Assembly: GCF_004010195.1 (NCBI RefSeq) | Contig: NC_057728.1 | Span: 50,622,870 to 50,664,515 of the forward strand | From: Chiloscyllium plagiosum | Lineage: Eukaryota | DNA length: 41,646 nucleotides | Direction of reading: 5' to 3' | In this document: positions 23,621 through 35,903 of the stretch, piece by piece | Position numbering within the stretch: the stretch's first letter is position 1 | Layout: every line of letters begins with the position of its first letter | Notes under the pieces: model-generated | What the model saw: only the letters and a program-made list of their open reading frames with translations | What the model was told of the DNA's origin: nothing | The model's database searches: none | Program-made: the position numbers and the translations under genes

Positions 23621-25407
23621 CCCCACTCCCCTCACCGGGATCATGAAGGCGGTGACCTCCTCACTGTTGTGCCATGTCACACAGTTATGGATCACTGCCC
23701 TCCTCTCCCATGGCACCTGTCATGACTGTGCAGCAGGGTGGGCGCTCAGTCAGTGTTCATGGTGGAGGGAGGTTCCCTTCCTCAGGGCGTGGAGGGCATT
23801 GCCAGTTTGACCTGTGCGGGCCTCCAACTAACGCGGAGTCAGATTCCTGGGGCTTAACTTCCTCGTTGGTCTGTCAGCTCTTGCAAGGGAGGCAGTCAGC
23901 AAAGCAGGAAGTTGTTTTGTTTAGAGTATCTTTGTGATGCTTGTGCTGACCAGCATTATGCTTATTTCTCCTGGGGCTGATTCTACAGAAGATAGGCATA
24001 ATCAGAAGTCTCATGACACCAGGTTATAGTCCAACACTATAAAATCACAAACGTTTGGAATGCTGTCAGGTGAAGTGGCATGGCCTGCTTATCTAATTTT
24101 AGGTTGTCTGTGGAATGGTTTACATACTGTCTTTTGAAGTTTTAATAAGACTGTGTTTGACGGAAGATGTTTTCCTCAGTAGTTGCTGCAAACGGTTTTG
24201 GACACTTTCCACTCTTAGATGTGGACAATATTGACAAACGTGAGGACCTGCTGCCAGATACATTTGAAGATCTCTATAGGTCTGTTAACAAACTTTGTAA
24301 TACTACATTTACAAATCGCTACTGCAATTTGCCTTGGTTTCGTTTCTTTGTCAGTGGAATGAGGAAGAGACAGCCTTTCTCAGCCAAATATTTGATATGA
24401 TGCAACCACTCTGTTCAGCAGCTTACTGATATGTTCATGCCACCTTTCCCTTACAGCTGCAATTACAGGAATTACTCCATTTCCATCAGCAGGTAGAATA
24501 AGGGCCAAGGCCATTATAGGCTGTCCATAATCAATCTTCAGTACATTGTAAAAACACAGTGCCTCTCAGTTAGACATTACTGTACATCAGCTTCAGTGTT
24601 TCACCAGCCTTCTATTCTATATACTTTTTGGAAATAAGCTGGAACTTGTGTTTAGTGTTTTTATAAATGTGATGCTTGATTGTTGACAGGGGGCTATTGG
24701 AGCCATCCATGTACACGCTGAGAGGGATAACACCATTCTTTGCAAACCAGTCTTGTTATTTGCATTTACAGGATCCTAAAATGTTTATTGAAGTCTTAAC
24801 ACAAGTTGATCTGTATCCTTAGTCCATCTACTTTCGCTGGCTCTGTATTCCTTATTACCCTCCACTATCAAAAAATCTTATCAATCTCAGATATAAAATT
24901 CTTAATTTAGTTAGCCTCATCTGCTATTTTTTATAGGAGAGATTCCACACTTCCAGCACCATTTGTTTGAAGAAATGTTTCTGAAATTGACTATGATTTT
25001 AAGGTAATATGTCCTTGATCTAGACTTCCTCAGCAACAGTAAGATAATTATTTTGTACCATATCAATCCCTTTCAAAATCATAAAAACCCCAATGAAATT
25101 ATCTTAAACTTTTAAATTCTGTGATGTACAAGTTTAGTCTTTGTAATTTCTCGTCACAGTTCAATACTGGAGCTCTGCCAACATTCCAGAGAACGCACAC
25201 TGTATCTCCCTGCAAGATCAGGGTAACCTTTCTAAAGTACAATGCCCAGAACTGTACTTGGTCCTCCAGATGTTTTGTTCTGTAAATTGATATCAGTGTG
25301 GAAGACTAGCATCTTGAATGATTGCACTCACAGCTGCGTTTAGATAAAGGATTTGGAGTTCTGGCAGGGCTCATGGCTTGGAATTGTTTGCTTGTCCAAT
25401 ATATCTA

Positions 25408-25540
25408 TGATTCCTGATGAAGGGCTTTTGCTCGAAACGTCGATTTTCCTGCTCCTTGGATGCTGCCTGACCTGCTATGCTTTTCCAGCACCACTCTAAT
25501 CTAAACTCTGATTTCCAGCATCTGCAGTCCTCACTTTCAC
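25408..25540 (+). mobile_element. Solo family A Penelope terminal repeat with hammerhead motif
   Basis: CTGATGA-a-gggc-tttt-gctc-GAAA-c-GTC at 25414-25441; ccaatatat duplicated at 25396-25404 and 25541-25549. Confidence 0.8.
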
Positions 25541-26124
25541 CCAATATATATATTGCCTGGTATAATACCTCAAGTGTATTTGTTTCTGCTTTATTTTGTA
25601 GTGAATTTGTAGTTAAGGAAAAACATTTTTTCTCTCTTGGCAAAAACATTTGGAATTTATCAGAAAGTGGACTGCAGCTGTTCAAGAAGGTATCTCACCA
25701 CCACTATCTCAAAGGCAATTAGGGATGGACAATAAATGCTAGCCCAACCAATGACATCCAGGACCTATAAATAAATGAAAAGAATGAAGGAAGGAGGAGA
25801 TGATGCAATGATGATGTCAGAATTAACTCCAGTTTAGAGCTTGCCCATAATATTCTGGAGATTTAGGCATAGACTTGCACAGTGTGCTTTGTGTTCAGTG
25901 AATGGAGACTCTATGTTCATTAATACTCAGGAGTCTTTTGATGTGGATACAATACTTAGGTTCTGCACGTGGGACAAGTGCACAACCCTGACCAAAGCCA
26001 AAGCTTGATCACTCAGCTTTACTTCACCCACAAAGCAGGTGAAGTTATTTGCTTTGGTGGAGAGCCTATCTTAATGTTGATGCTTGCTTGTACTACATAT
26101 TTGACTGAACATTATCAGTGTTAT

Positions 26125-26216
26125 GTTGAGAGTATGGTGCTAGAAAAGCACAGCAGGTCATGCAACATCTGAGGAGCAGGGAAATCGACATTTCGGGCAT
26201 AAGCCCTTCATCAGAA
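26125..26216 (-). mobile_element. Family A terminal repeat fragment with hammerhead motif
   Basis: Reverse complement CTGATGA-a-gggc-ttat-gccc-GAAA-t-GTC at 26187-26214. Confidence 0.75.
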
Positions 26217-26713
26217 GTTGTCAGTGTTGTGACCTTGAATGGCTGGAATATGTGGAAATTGTGGCTGGCAGTCTTTGTTACCTTTTTCGGCTGTGAAGTT
26301 TGAGACTTGATGTTGTAGCAGATGATGCAACAGCTTCCTTGGTGAAGCAGGGCAGGCAGAGATTACTTGTTTTTTCCTTTGACAGGTGGCACCTCTAAAC
26401 TCACATGAGATAAGACCTGTTAGTCTCCCTCCAGCCACATCTCCCTGCAGTCTCCAAACTCAATGTTCACCATGTTTTTTTCCTCCTATTGATCCTTCAG
26501 ACCCCCAACAAACAGAGTGAACAGAACATGTATGCACAGACTATGTTTAACAGCACACTATCAGAGTTTGTGAAGGACTCTCCGTACAAAAACTATCTCT
26601 GAGCACCAACACGCACATCCACCCCCACCCTCCCCTTGTTCATCAACCCACCCTCCCCTCACTAACCACCAAAATATTTGCAGCCACCTGAGCCAGAAAT
26701 GGAATAACCCATT

Positions 26714-27030
26714 GGGGCAGCACAGTGGCTCAATGGTTAGCACTGCTGCCTCACAGCACCAAGATCCCAGGTTTGATTCCAGCGTTGGGTGACTGTCTGA
26801 GTGGAGTTTGCACATTCTTCCTGTGTCTGCGTGGGTTTCCCCCAGATGCTTCGGTTTCCTCCCACAATCCAAAGATGTGCATGTCAGGTGAATTGGCCAT
26901 GCTAAATTGCCCATAGTGTTAGGTGCATTAGTCAGAGGGAAATGGGTCTGGGTGGATTACTCTTCGGAGGGTCGGTGTGGACTGGTTAGGCTGAAGGGCC
27001 TGTTTCCTCACTGTAGGGAATCTAATCTAA
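26714..27030 (+). mobile_element. tRNA-derived V-SINE (HE1-like), full length
   Basis: Box A tggctcaatgg, box B ggtttgattcc, V-domain ggagtttgcacattct..gcgtgggtttcc..cctcccacaatccaaagatgtgca, CR1-like tail ending tctaatctaa. Confidence 0.85.
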
Positions 27031-27476
27031 AAACAGACTAATACAACTAAACCGGTACTCATCTTTGTCGAAGGTGAGGAGTTCCTTAAACATCAGACCA
27101 ACATCTCTCCCAGTCACTTTTCTCCAGAAGTTGTGAATGGGTTTTCGAATAGGTAAAAGGAGCATTCAACAAATTGAAACTGAAAACAGGATCCTGAAAG
27201 GGGCTCGGTTTTAAAGAAGGGAGCTGACCTATTAAATTGCAGCCGCCTCAAAACGTTTGCACTTTTAGCAGACTAGGATGGAATAGATACTGGAGCAAAA
27301 TTTGGAAGCCCAGAGCTCCCCCACTCAGCCCCGCTATTATTTTAGCAGCACCACATAGATGTCTGTGCATCTACTCTGTTACCGAGCCACGTAGTGACAT
27401 TAGGGCATGTATAAATAGCTCAGTAATTTTTTCATTATTTTGAATTGCAGCTAACAATCAGACAGTAATTTAAACA

Positions 27477-27596
27477 ATGGCTGGAGAGGAATATGCTTCA
27501 ATGATGGAGGAGGGCAGTGTGGAAGAGATGGACACATCTGATACACAGTGGAACTGGTACTATTTGGGTGAATGTGGAAAATGGCACATTTTTGAG
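27477..27596 (+). CDS. PARP11: PARP11 first coding exon (exon begins 27451)
   Basis: MAGEEYASMMEEGSVEEMDTSDTQWNWYYLGECGKWHIFE matches the PARP11 N-terminus (DMDTSDTQWGWFYLAECGKWHMFQ in human, recalled); ttgcag| acceptor, GAG|gtgtgc donor. Confidence 0.93.
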
Positions 27597-28251
27597 GTGT
27601 GCTATTATTTTGTTCCTTTCCTCTACTTGCTAAGCAAATATTTAAAAAAAGAAGAAATGTAAGCCAATATGCACAATCAAAAATTGTGGAAAAGAAGTTC
27701 TAGTCTCTGGACTGGTCTCCCATTTTATTCTGCATGAACTTGAACTCATCCAAAAATGTCCCTGTTTCTTAAAAGCACTAATTCCCATTCACCCAGTTCC
27801 CGCAGACTGACTTGCTTGCTTTAGGCCAGTTCTTCCCAAAAGGTTCCCTCCCCATGACCCCACTTTGAAGTTTGAAAAATCATTGCAACCCTTAAATGAG
27901 AATTACCAGAAGGAGGGTAGACCTGCTAGAGTGAGATGAGGGCTGTGGAAGTGGGGGCCTATCTGTCATAAGTCAATCATTGCTGCCATGGAGCTCGCTA
28001 CATCAAAATTACATGTGAGACCCTACTTGGGGTCCCAACTTACATTTTGGGAAGTCCTGTTTGCCTGCCTTGATTTTAAAAGTCTTCTATTTCTATCTCG
28101 TTCTGAGGCTTCATCCCTCCCCAACTCTGTTATCGTTGCCAACCTCACAACCGTCCCAAGACGCCTGTGCTCATCTAATTCTGTCCTCTTCTCCGTCCTA
28201 AGTTTTATTGTTCCATTATTCATTGTCCATGCCTTTGGCTACCCAGGAAGG

Positions 28252-28575
28252 CATTGCTGTGGTGGTATTGTCACTGGACTAGTATTCCAGATCCTCAAGC
28301 TGATGGTTTGATATGCCACAGGGACTAATGATGAAACTTGATTTCAGTAAAAATTTGGAATAAAAAGCTAACCTCATGGTGACTACTGTTGATTGATTGT
28401 TATAAAAACCCATCTGATTGCTTTAAGGAAAGGAAATTTACCAAACTCCCTTGGCTTCCATATGACTCAGACCCATAGCAATGTGGTGGATTCATAAGTG
28501 CCTTCTGGGCAATTAGGAAGAGGCCATTTAATGCTAACAGATAGCAACACCCTACGTTCTATGAATAAATTCAAA
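28252..28575 (+). mobile_element. tRNA-like SINE, diverged copy of the 31170-31530 family
   Basis: Shares aaaacccatctg..aaggaa..cagaccca.agcaatgtgg..ctgggcaattagg with 31170-31530 and 20760-20920. Confidence 0.6.
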
Positions 28576-30303
28576 AGGGTCCTAAGCTCAGGAACTCCTT
28601 AAACCTCTCCTCTTATTGACCTTTTTTTTTCTCCCTTAAGACATGTCTTAAAAGTTTTGAGCATCAGATCTAATATCACCCTGTGTGGATCGGTATCATA
28701 TTTTGTTTTATGTCCTGTGAAGTGTGTCGGGTGAGCATACTTTCACTGTTAAATAGGCATACCATTCCTGTTCACATGAAGCTCCCTGCAGATAAATTTT
28801 CTTCAATATAATGTCATAATATTGGGAGTTGCAGACTGAGTTTTACCAGTTTATGAAATAAAAAAATTGGTGAGTGGGTATTATTGATTTGTCAATCGCA
28901 TCTCATTAAGCTTCTTAGGTCAAGCTTTAAACTTTTAAATGAGCTTTTCAAATAACCAACGAGTTATTCAATTTAGTTTCACAGTGCTGCTAGAATAGTG
29001 GATTTCACTTAATCAAAGGGAAATTTCATTTCGTAATATGTTATGGTTCTGAAATGAGAACCATTGTAAAATTAGACAGCAAAACAAATATCAAACAATT
29101 GTAATATTCTGCTTAATCCTTGAATTGCACCTTAGCTTAGGATAGAAAAGCCTCCTTGAAATGAATATTGTTTTTCAATTTATACGCTGTAATATGCTGA
29201 AACAATGTTAAACTCAGTGAAATATTCATTGCCAATATTACTGATCTTATAAATTCAAGATCTTTTTAACAGTATCTGGTTCAATACTTGATTAAGGTGA
29301 ATTAACTGAATTAATAATACTTTTGAGAGGACAGCATTGAGTAATTCTCATGTATTACATAGAATCACGCAGTTCAGGCTCTCTCAGTTGTTATGGTCAT
29401 TGAGAGGCCACTTTGTCTGCACTGACTTTCCAATGAGTATTATAATATAGTCTCACTTGACTGCTTTTTTCCCCAAATTCCTGCACATTATATGTATTCA
29501 GATAATTATCTAATGCTCTCTTGATTGCCTCAATTGAATCTGTTTCCACCACACTTCCAGGCAGTGCATTCTAGACTCAGACCACTCGTTATGTGTATGT
29601 TTCATTAAGTTTGGCTCATTCTTCTAAATTAAAATGAATGCACATCCAACTCACTTCACAAGAAAATTCCTCCATTTCCAGAATCAATACAGTGAACCTT
29701 CTCTGGCCTTCAATGACAATATATGTTTCATTAGATATGGGGACAGTATTCTAGGTATGGCCTAACTAGCCCCTTGTATAATTTTGGCAAGAGTTTCTAT
29801 TTTTATACTCCATTTCCTTTGATATAGAGGCCAAGATTCCATTTGCCTTTCCTATTACCCAATGAACTTGAATGAAAGTTTGTTGTAATTCATGCATGAA
29901 GATCCTTCCCAAAACTCTCAGAGCTGAAGCTTACTGCAGCCTTTCTCTATTTGCCTAATATCCAGCTCCTTTATTCCTTCTGCCCAAGTGCATAACCTTA
30001 CATTTTCCCAAATTATAGTCCTTCTTCCAAGTTTATGACACTCAGTTAATCTATTTATATTGCTCTGTAGCTTCTTTGGATCATCCTCACTATTTATCTT
30101 CTCACTATGTACGTCATTTGCTAATTTGGCAATAGTACTTTCTCTTTCCTCATCCAAGTTTTTCATATTTATTGTAAATAATTATGGCCCAGTGCTGATC
30201 CCTGAGGCACGCCACTCGTTTGAGGTTGTGATCCTGGAAATGTCCTCCTTTATTGTTAGCCTCTATCTCATGTTAACTAGTCAATGCTCTATGCATGCAA
30301 ATA

Positions 30304-30667
30304 CAGTAGCTCCTCAACATACGAACGTCCCCTTTCACGAACAAATCAGTTTACGAACAGGATTGTATGTAAAATTTTGCTTCAACATACGTACGAAAAT
30401 CAAGGTACGAACAAAGGTACAAACGCAAAAAGCCCGTGTGCGACCACGTAGTTTCATTGTTCTGCTTTGCTATGCGCTTGTTGAACACAAAAGCTCTCGG
30501 GTCCCGCGTGATCTCATTCAGTTTGTCTTTGGCGCGTGCGCTGTGAACAGCCGTCCAAGCATTCTTACGCTTTCCGAACAATGGGAAAAATTGATTCAGT
30601 TTGCGAACTTTTCGGTTCGCGAACCGGGTCCCAGAACGGATTAAGTTCGTAAGTCGAGGCACTACTG
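30304..30667. mobile_element. Tigger/pogo-like MITE, 364 bp, inserted in a CR1 remnant
   Basis: TA TSD on both sides; 23-bp TIRs cagtagctcctcaacatacgaac / gttcgtaagtcgaggcactactg (19/23); internal tacgaa repeats. Confidence 0.85.
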
Positions 30668-31169
30668 TATATTGTTCCCAACACCATGGGCACTTTTTAA
30701 TAGCCTAAAATGCAGAACCCTATTGGACACCTTTTGGAAATCCAAATATACTATATTTACTGGTACCCCATTAGCTATCCTGCTTGTTACCTCAAAGAAT
30801 TTGTCAGGCATCCTCTTTATGAAGTTATGCTGACTCTGCTTGACCTTAATATGCAACCTTTTAGACACTCTGCTATTGTGTTTTCTCATTTAATAGTTTC
30901 TCATTCCTGGGTTCCTCCTGGTAGATCTTTTCTACAGTCTCTAAAGTATTTACACCCTTCCTATAGAGCCCAGAACTCATAAATGTTATTCTAAATGAGG
31001 TCTAATAATTGTCTTGTATAGTTCCTGCATAACCACTTTACACATGTAGGGGATGACCGTATTTATAGTCCAGCAAAAATTGCCAAGGGAAACCCATTTG
31101 GCCGATCTGGCAGTGATTTACCATGATCAATTACTCTGCCAACACTTATAGCATAGATACATACACTAA

Positions 31170-31530
31170 GGAGATGATAGCATAGTATTATTATCGCAAG
31201 ACTATTAATCCAGAAACTCAGCTGATGCTCTGGGGACCCAGGTTCACATCTTGTCATGGTAGATAGTGGAATTTGATTTCAACTAAGAATCTGAAATTAA
31301 GGATGGAATGATGCCGATAAAACGATTGTCAATTGTTGGAAAGACCCATCCAGATTCATTAATGTCCTTTAGGGAAGGAAATCTGCCATCCTTACCTGGT
31401 GTGGTCAACACATGTCTCCAGATCCACAGCAATGTGGTTGACTCTTAACTGCCCTCTGGGCAATTAGAGATGGGCCCTAATTCCTGGCCTAGCCAGAGAT
31501 GCCTACATCCTGAAAGTGAATTTAAAAAAC
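31170..31530 (+). mobile_element. tRNA-like SINE with LINE-derived tail
   Basis: tRNA-like head (tagcatagta..ggttcacatc); tail gggcaattagagatgg..ctggcctagccag..catcc shared with 18240-18300 and 25715-25780. Confidence 0.65.
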
Positions 31531-32150
31531 AATGTTATGCCATGACATAACGCTTAGAAGCATTAGTCAGTACCCCAGCAAGGCTAAGTATCCCAAGGGG
31601 TCTGTGCTATTAAACTCCTGACAGTGAGTTGGCGAAGGAAGAAACCAGTACCAGTCTTTAACTTGTGAGGTTTTACTCTGTGAATAAACCGATTATAAAA
31701 CTCCAATCTAGTTCTATATCAATAAGTATCTCTTTATAGATGCCCATGTAACCTTTATCGATGCCCTTATACATATCAATTGATACAATTAATATGTAGG
31801 TCTGTACTCTAGAAAGGGTTAATCATTCTGGGGTTTATGGAATTATACCATAGCAAGGGTCAAAATGTTTGAGAACCTGTCTTTCCTGTGATTTTTCATA
31901 TTCCATTTACAAATCATACCTTAACTTTTGTTTACATTCTATCCTAAACATGTGTTAAGATCTACCTTTCTTTCAAAATAGTGTTAAGAATAGAAACTTT
32001 AGCTTTCAAGAGTCATTTTCTGCCAATCACGTGGCACTATGAACAGATATTGTCACTGCAGAAAGGTTTGTTTTTGTTTGTTTCCCAAAGTTGACATGGT
32101 GGTGTGAAAAATCAGTTATCTTTTTCTTGGATTTTCTATGTTTATTTCAG

Positions 32151-32271
32151 AGGGACCCAAATATTTCAAGTTCTCTGAGCAGCGAAGATATTGAAATGAT
32201 GTACAGGATGAATCCACAAGGTTGTCTTTCGTTTTCCACTGCAAAATTCAACTACACATTAGATTTCCAAG
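32151..32271 (+). CDS. PARP11: PARP11 WWE-domain exon
   Basis: tttatttcag|AGG..G|gtaaga; RDPNISSSLSSEDIEMMYRMNPQGCLSFSTAKFNYTLDFQ; 121 nt, phase 0 to phase 1. Confidence 0.95.
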
Positions 32272-34860
32272 GTAAGAATGTTCATCTAATTAATCTGTTT
32301 CTCTTCATGGATTGCAGCAGTGGCTGGTGCAAATGAAAATTGATTCGGTGTCAGTGTAAGATTGGTGGTTTAAATATAATATTGTTGAAAATCTACAGCC
32401 TGAAGAGATCCCAGTTTCATCTCATATCTGCACTAAAATATTGCAGATGCTGAAGATCTTTAATAAAAGCACTAAATACTGGAAGTACTCAACAGATCTG
32501 GCAGCATCTGTGGAAAGCTTGTGTACCTGAAACACAACTCCGTTTCTCTCTCCATACTACCTGACCCACTGGTACTTGCAGCATTTTCTGCTTGAGGAAC
32601 TGCCAAGCTGAGGTTTGGAGAGTAGGTCACATTCCCACTGCTGATGGTTCTCCAATGTTTTGCTGAGGATAGGCAGCGTTTGTTTTGCTGTGCAGTCTTA
32701 CAAACCCATATACTCAGTCTTTATACACAGTTCAGGTTTGCCGCATGAATCAACAATAACTTATGTTTATATCACACTTTTGACATAGTAAAGCACCACA
32801 GTGTTGCCAAACATAATTTGGTACATCTATGTAGGGAATATTATGGCAAATAATCAAAAGCTTGGTCCAAGAGGATTGTTGTCAGGAGCAACTTAAATGA
32901 AGAATGAAAGGTCTAGGGAGGGAATTCCAGAGCTTGGGACTCTGACAATCGCAGGTATTGCTGCCAGTGATGCAGCAATTAAAATCCAGGCTGTACGATA
33001 GACAGGTGCAGAGATCTCGAAGAATAGTAGAGCTGAAGATGGTCAAAAAGATGGGTAAGAGGCTGCGGATGTGTTTGAATATGGCAGTTTTAAGTATGAA
33101 GCATTGATGGACCAAATGATCAAGAAAGTAAGGGAGCACAAATGTGATGTGTGAACTGAAGGATGAGAGTTAGGATACAAGTAACAATGTTTTGAATTAG
33201 TCACGGAATGCCAAATGTAGGAAGCCAGCCAGGAGTGCTTTGGGATAGTCAAGCCGAGAAGTGATAAAGGCACTGATGAGAGTTCTCCTGCAGAAAAACT
33301 GAGATGGGCTGGTGTTGGGTCACTTGCAAAGTAGGTAATCTTAGAATTGAAATGGATATGGAGTTGGAGGGTCAGCTCAAGATCAGACAGGATGATGTGA
33401 ATCATTTGGTTTGGTGCCAGTAACAAGAATGAAGAATGTAATCTAAATAAACAAGGTACTAGAAGACTTGCTGCTCCAATAAAGTCAGCATCTCAGTAGC
33501 TGAGGAGAGAAATGCATATGTTTTATATTTAGGCTGCATGAAGTAATGGAATGTGGCAAAAAGTAAATTATGATCCTGACAAACTACTGTCAAGGTAAAG
33601 CTTGAAAGGTATATAAATGTAACTGAGAGTCCAGAGATATAATTAAATCCTTATCCTCTGATAGCTGAGTCATTTATTCTTTTTCCCTGCCTCTAACAGT
33701 TCTCCTTCTACAAGATGGAAGCCGCTTCCTACTATGCAGATGTTTTAACCCATATAACTGTATGTGCACCATATTTCATCACTTCATTTGCAGCATAACC
33801 TGAACTGCAATGTACTACATTCTAACTCTTCACATTAGATTCCCTCCTATATTGTTTCGCTGACAAAATGTCCTACTTCTTAACTTCTGTTTCTCTTCAC
33901 ACATGTTCTGTAGTTTTGAAACAGCAAAGTACTGCAGATGCTGAAAATCAAAAATAAAGGCAGAAAATTCCTGAAATAATCAATTGGAGTTAGCATTCAA
34001 TAAGAACCAGGTCACATTTCGGTACTTCAGGTCTGGTTCTGGTGATGGGTCTTCAACCCATTTTTAATTTAGATTTCCAGCATCTGTAGGGTCTTGCTTT
34101 TCTATTATTGTAGTTGTTTGTGCTGCTGATCAACTTCTCTCATTTCACTTTTTTCCTACTTTCCAACCCATCACAGAGCTTCCCTTTTGTTTTCTTCTCG
34201 TTCCCATCTTCCTCTGCCTCTGTATTTTCTCACAGCCTGTTATATCTGAACGTCTTCTCTTCCTGATGATATTTCATTGACCTGAAACGTTATCTCTGTG
34301 CCTATTTCCACAGATGCTGCCTGATCTACTGAGAATTTTCTGCATTTATTCAATCATTTACATACTTGCTTTGATGTTATGTTCTTATAGATTAATATAT
34401 TTAGTCAGCTGCTTACTTGTAGATCTGAGGGGTTAGGATCTTTCAAAATTGCTTGGTATATAGAAATTCTTTACCACAGAGAGCTATTGAGGCTGGATCA
34501 GACCTGTTAGTATATTCAAGGCTGAGATAGACAGCCTTTTACTCAGTAAAGGAAGCAAGGATTATGGGGAAAAGGCAGGAAAGTGAAGTTGAGGATTATC
34601 AGATCAACCGTAGATAAATGCATTTGCAATCAATGTACCAAATTTTGACAGTAAATGTAAAAAATAATTGAAATAGCAAATTAAATCAAGGACAGGTTCA
34701 TTTATTCCTAATATTTTATTTAAATAAATTCAATCTACAATGATTCTTTGTTCTGAATCTCTCGGCCAAACCAAAGTTTTGGAGATAGACTTGCTGTTTT
34801 GATGTATTAATTGTCAGATTAATTGCAAGTGCCAGTGATAGGAATATCCTTCTTTTGCAG

Positions 34861-34936
34861 CAATGACACAAACCAATAAAGCAACAGGGAGACAACGACC
34901 AGTGAAACGTGCAGCCTTCACGGTCACTGCTTTCAG
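34861..34936 (+). CDS. PARP11: PARP11 exon, end of WWE domain
   Basis: tcttttgcag|CA..AG|gttggt; (A)MTQTNKATGRQRPVKRAAFTVTAF(S); 76 nt, phase 1 to phase 2. Confidence 0.95.
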
Positions 34937-35903
34937 GTTGGTAAAATCTGACAGCAAGAATTTATCGAAATGTAATGAAGCTTTCCTAATAATTGATTGC
35001 AAAATACTAACTTGTAAACCTATATTGATCATCTCAGTCTTTTAAAGCCATTATGTGAACATTGTCAACTGTCATGGAGTAAAGAGAAGAGCCCTTGAAT
35101 TAATTAGAAGGAAACAGAGCCATAGATCAACAGTAGATAGATCATTGCAAGTTAATGTTTTGAAGACTAGGACAAATGAGATGGGTCAGGTTTACAAAGG
35201 AGGATTTAATTAAGCAACAAAAACATTTTAAAAATGTCTACAAACCTGAAAATTTTGGGGATTAGAAAGGGTGACAAACAATCTTAAGGAAAATTCATAT
35301 AAAACATGATGGGCAATGTAAGTGTCTTTTGTTGGCACCCTAGCATTTAAAAGATAACCAAGGTAGGCCTGTGAAAACATTGTCGAGAATTAAGGAATTA
35401 CATGGAGAGGCAGGAGAAATGAAAGTGGCAAAATTTTGAAGGACAGATTCACCTGAAGATTTTTGTGCAGAACTATTTGCAGATGGCAGGACAAGTTGAA
35501 AATACCGTTTCAAAAAAGCATGCAAGAGTTTTGACTTTATAAATAGATGATTATGATATAAAGTCAGTTAAGTTTGCTTAGCCTTTATAAATCAGTAGTA
35601 AGACCTCAGTTGGCATGTTGTGTTCAGTTCTTCTGAAAACTGTTCTTTCAGAATGATGTGAAGCCTTTGAGAATGACTTCAGCAAATTGCATTTGAATGT
35701 AAAATTCTGAAAGGGCTTGTCAGGGTAGATGCTGAGAGTCTGTTTCTATTGTTGGGAGTTTGTAGGACCAGAGGGCATAATCGCAGTGTGGAATCACCTA
35801 ATTAAAACAGAGATGGGGAGAAATTTCTTCTCTGAGGGTAGTTAATCTATGGAATTCTTTATTGCAGAGAGCTGTTGAAGCTGGGTCATTAAGAATATTC
35901 AAG

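Noticed and set aside
22888..23937. Cluster of Pro/Gly-rich ORFs on both strands
   Set aside because: Expected by-product of stop-poor CpG-island sequence; no recognisable domain.
26714..26790. tRNA gene
   Set aside because: It is the tRNA-derived head of a V-SINE, continuing into the V-domain and LINE tail.
30060..30662. 194-aa and 103-aa ORFs as a possible transposase
   Set aside because: They span a CR1/MITE junction or a 364-bp MITE; no DDE or HTH motifs.
34263..34292. CTGATGA..GAAACGTTA as an active hammerhead
   Set aside because: Stem II cannot form (tatttc versus gacct); decayed copy. Similar decayed fold-backs lie at 22740-22920, 32435-32595 and 33920-34100.
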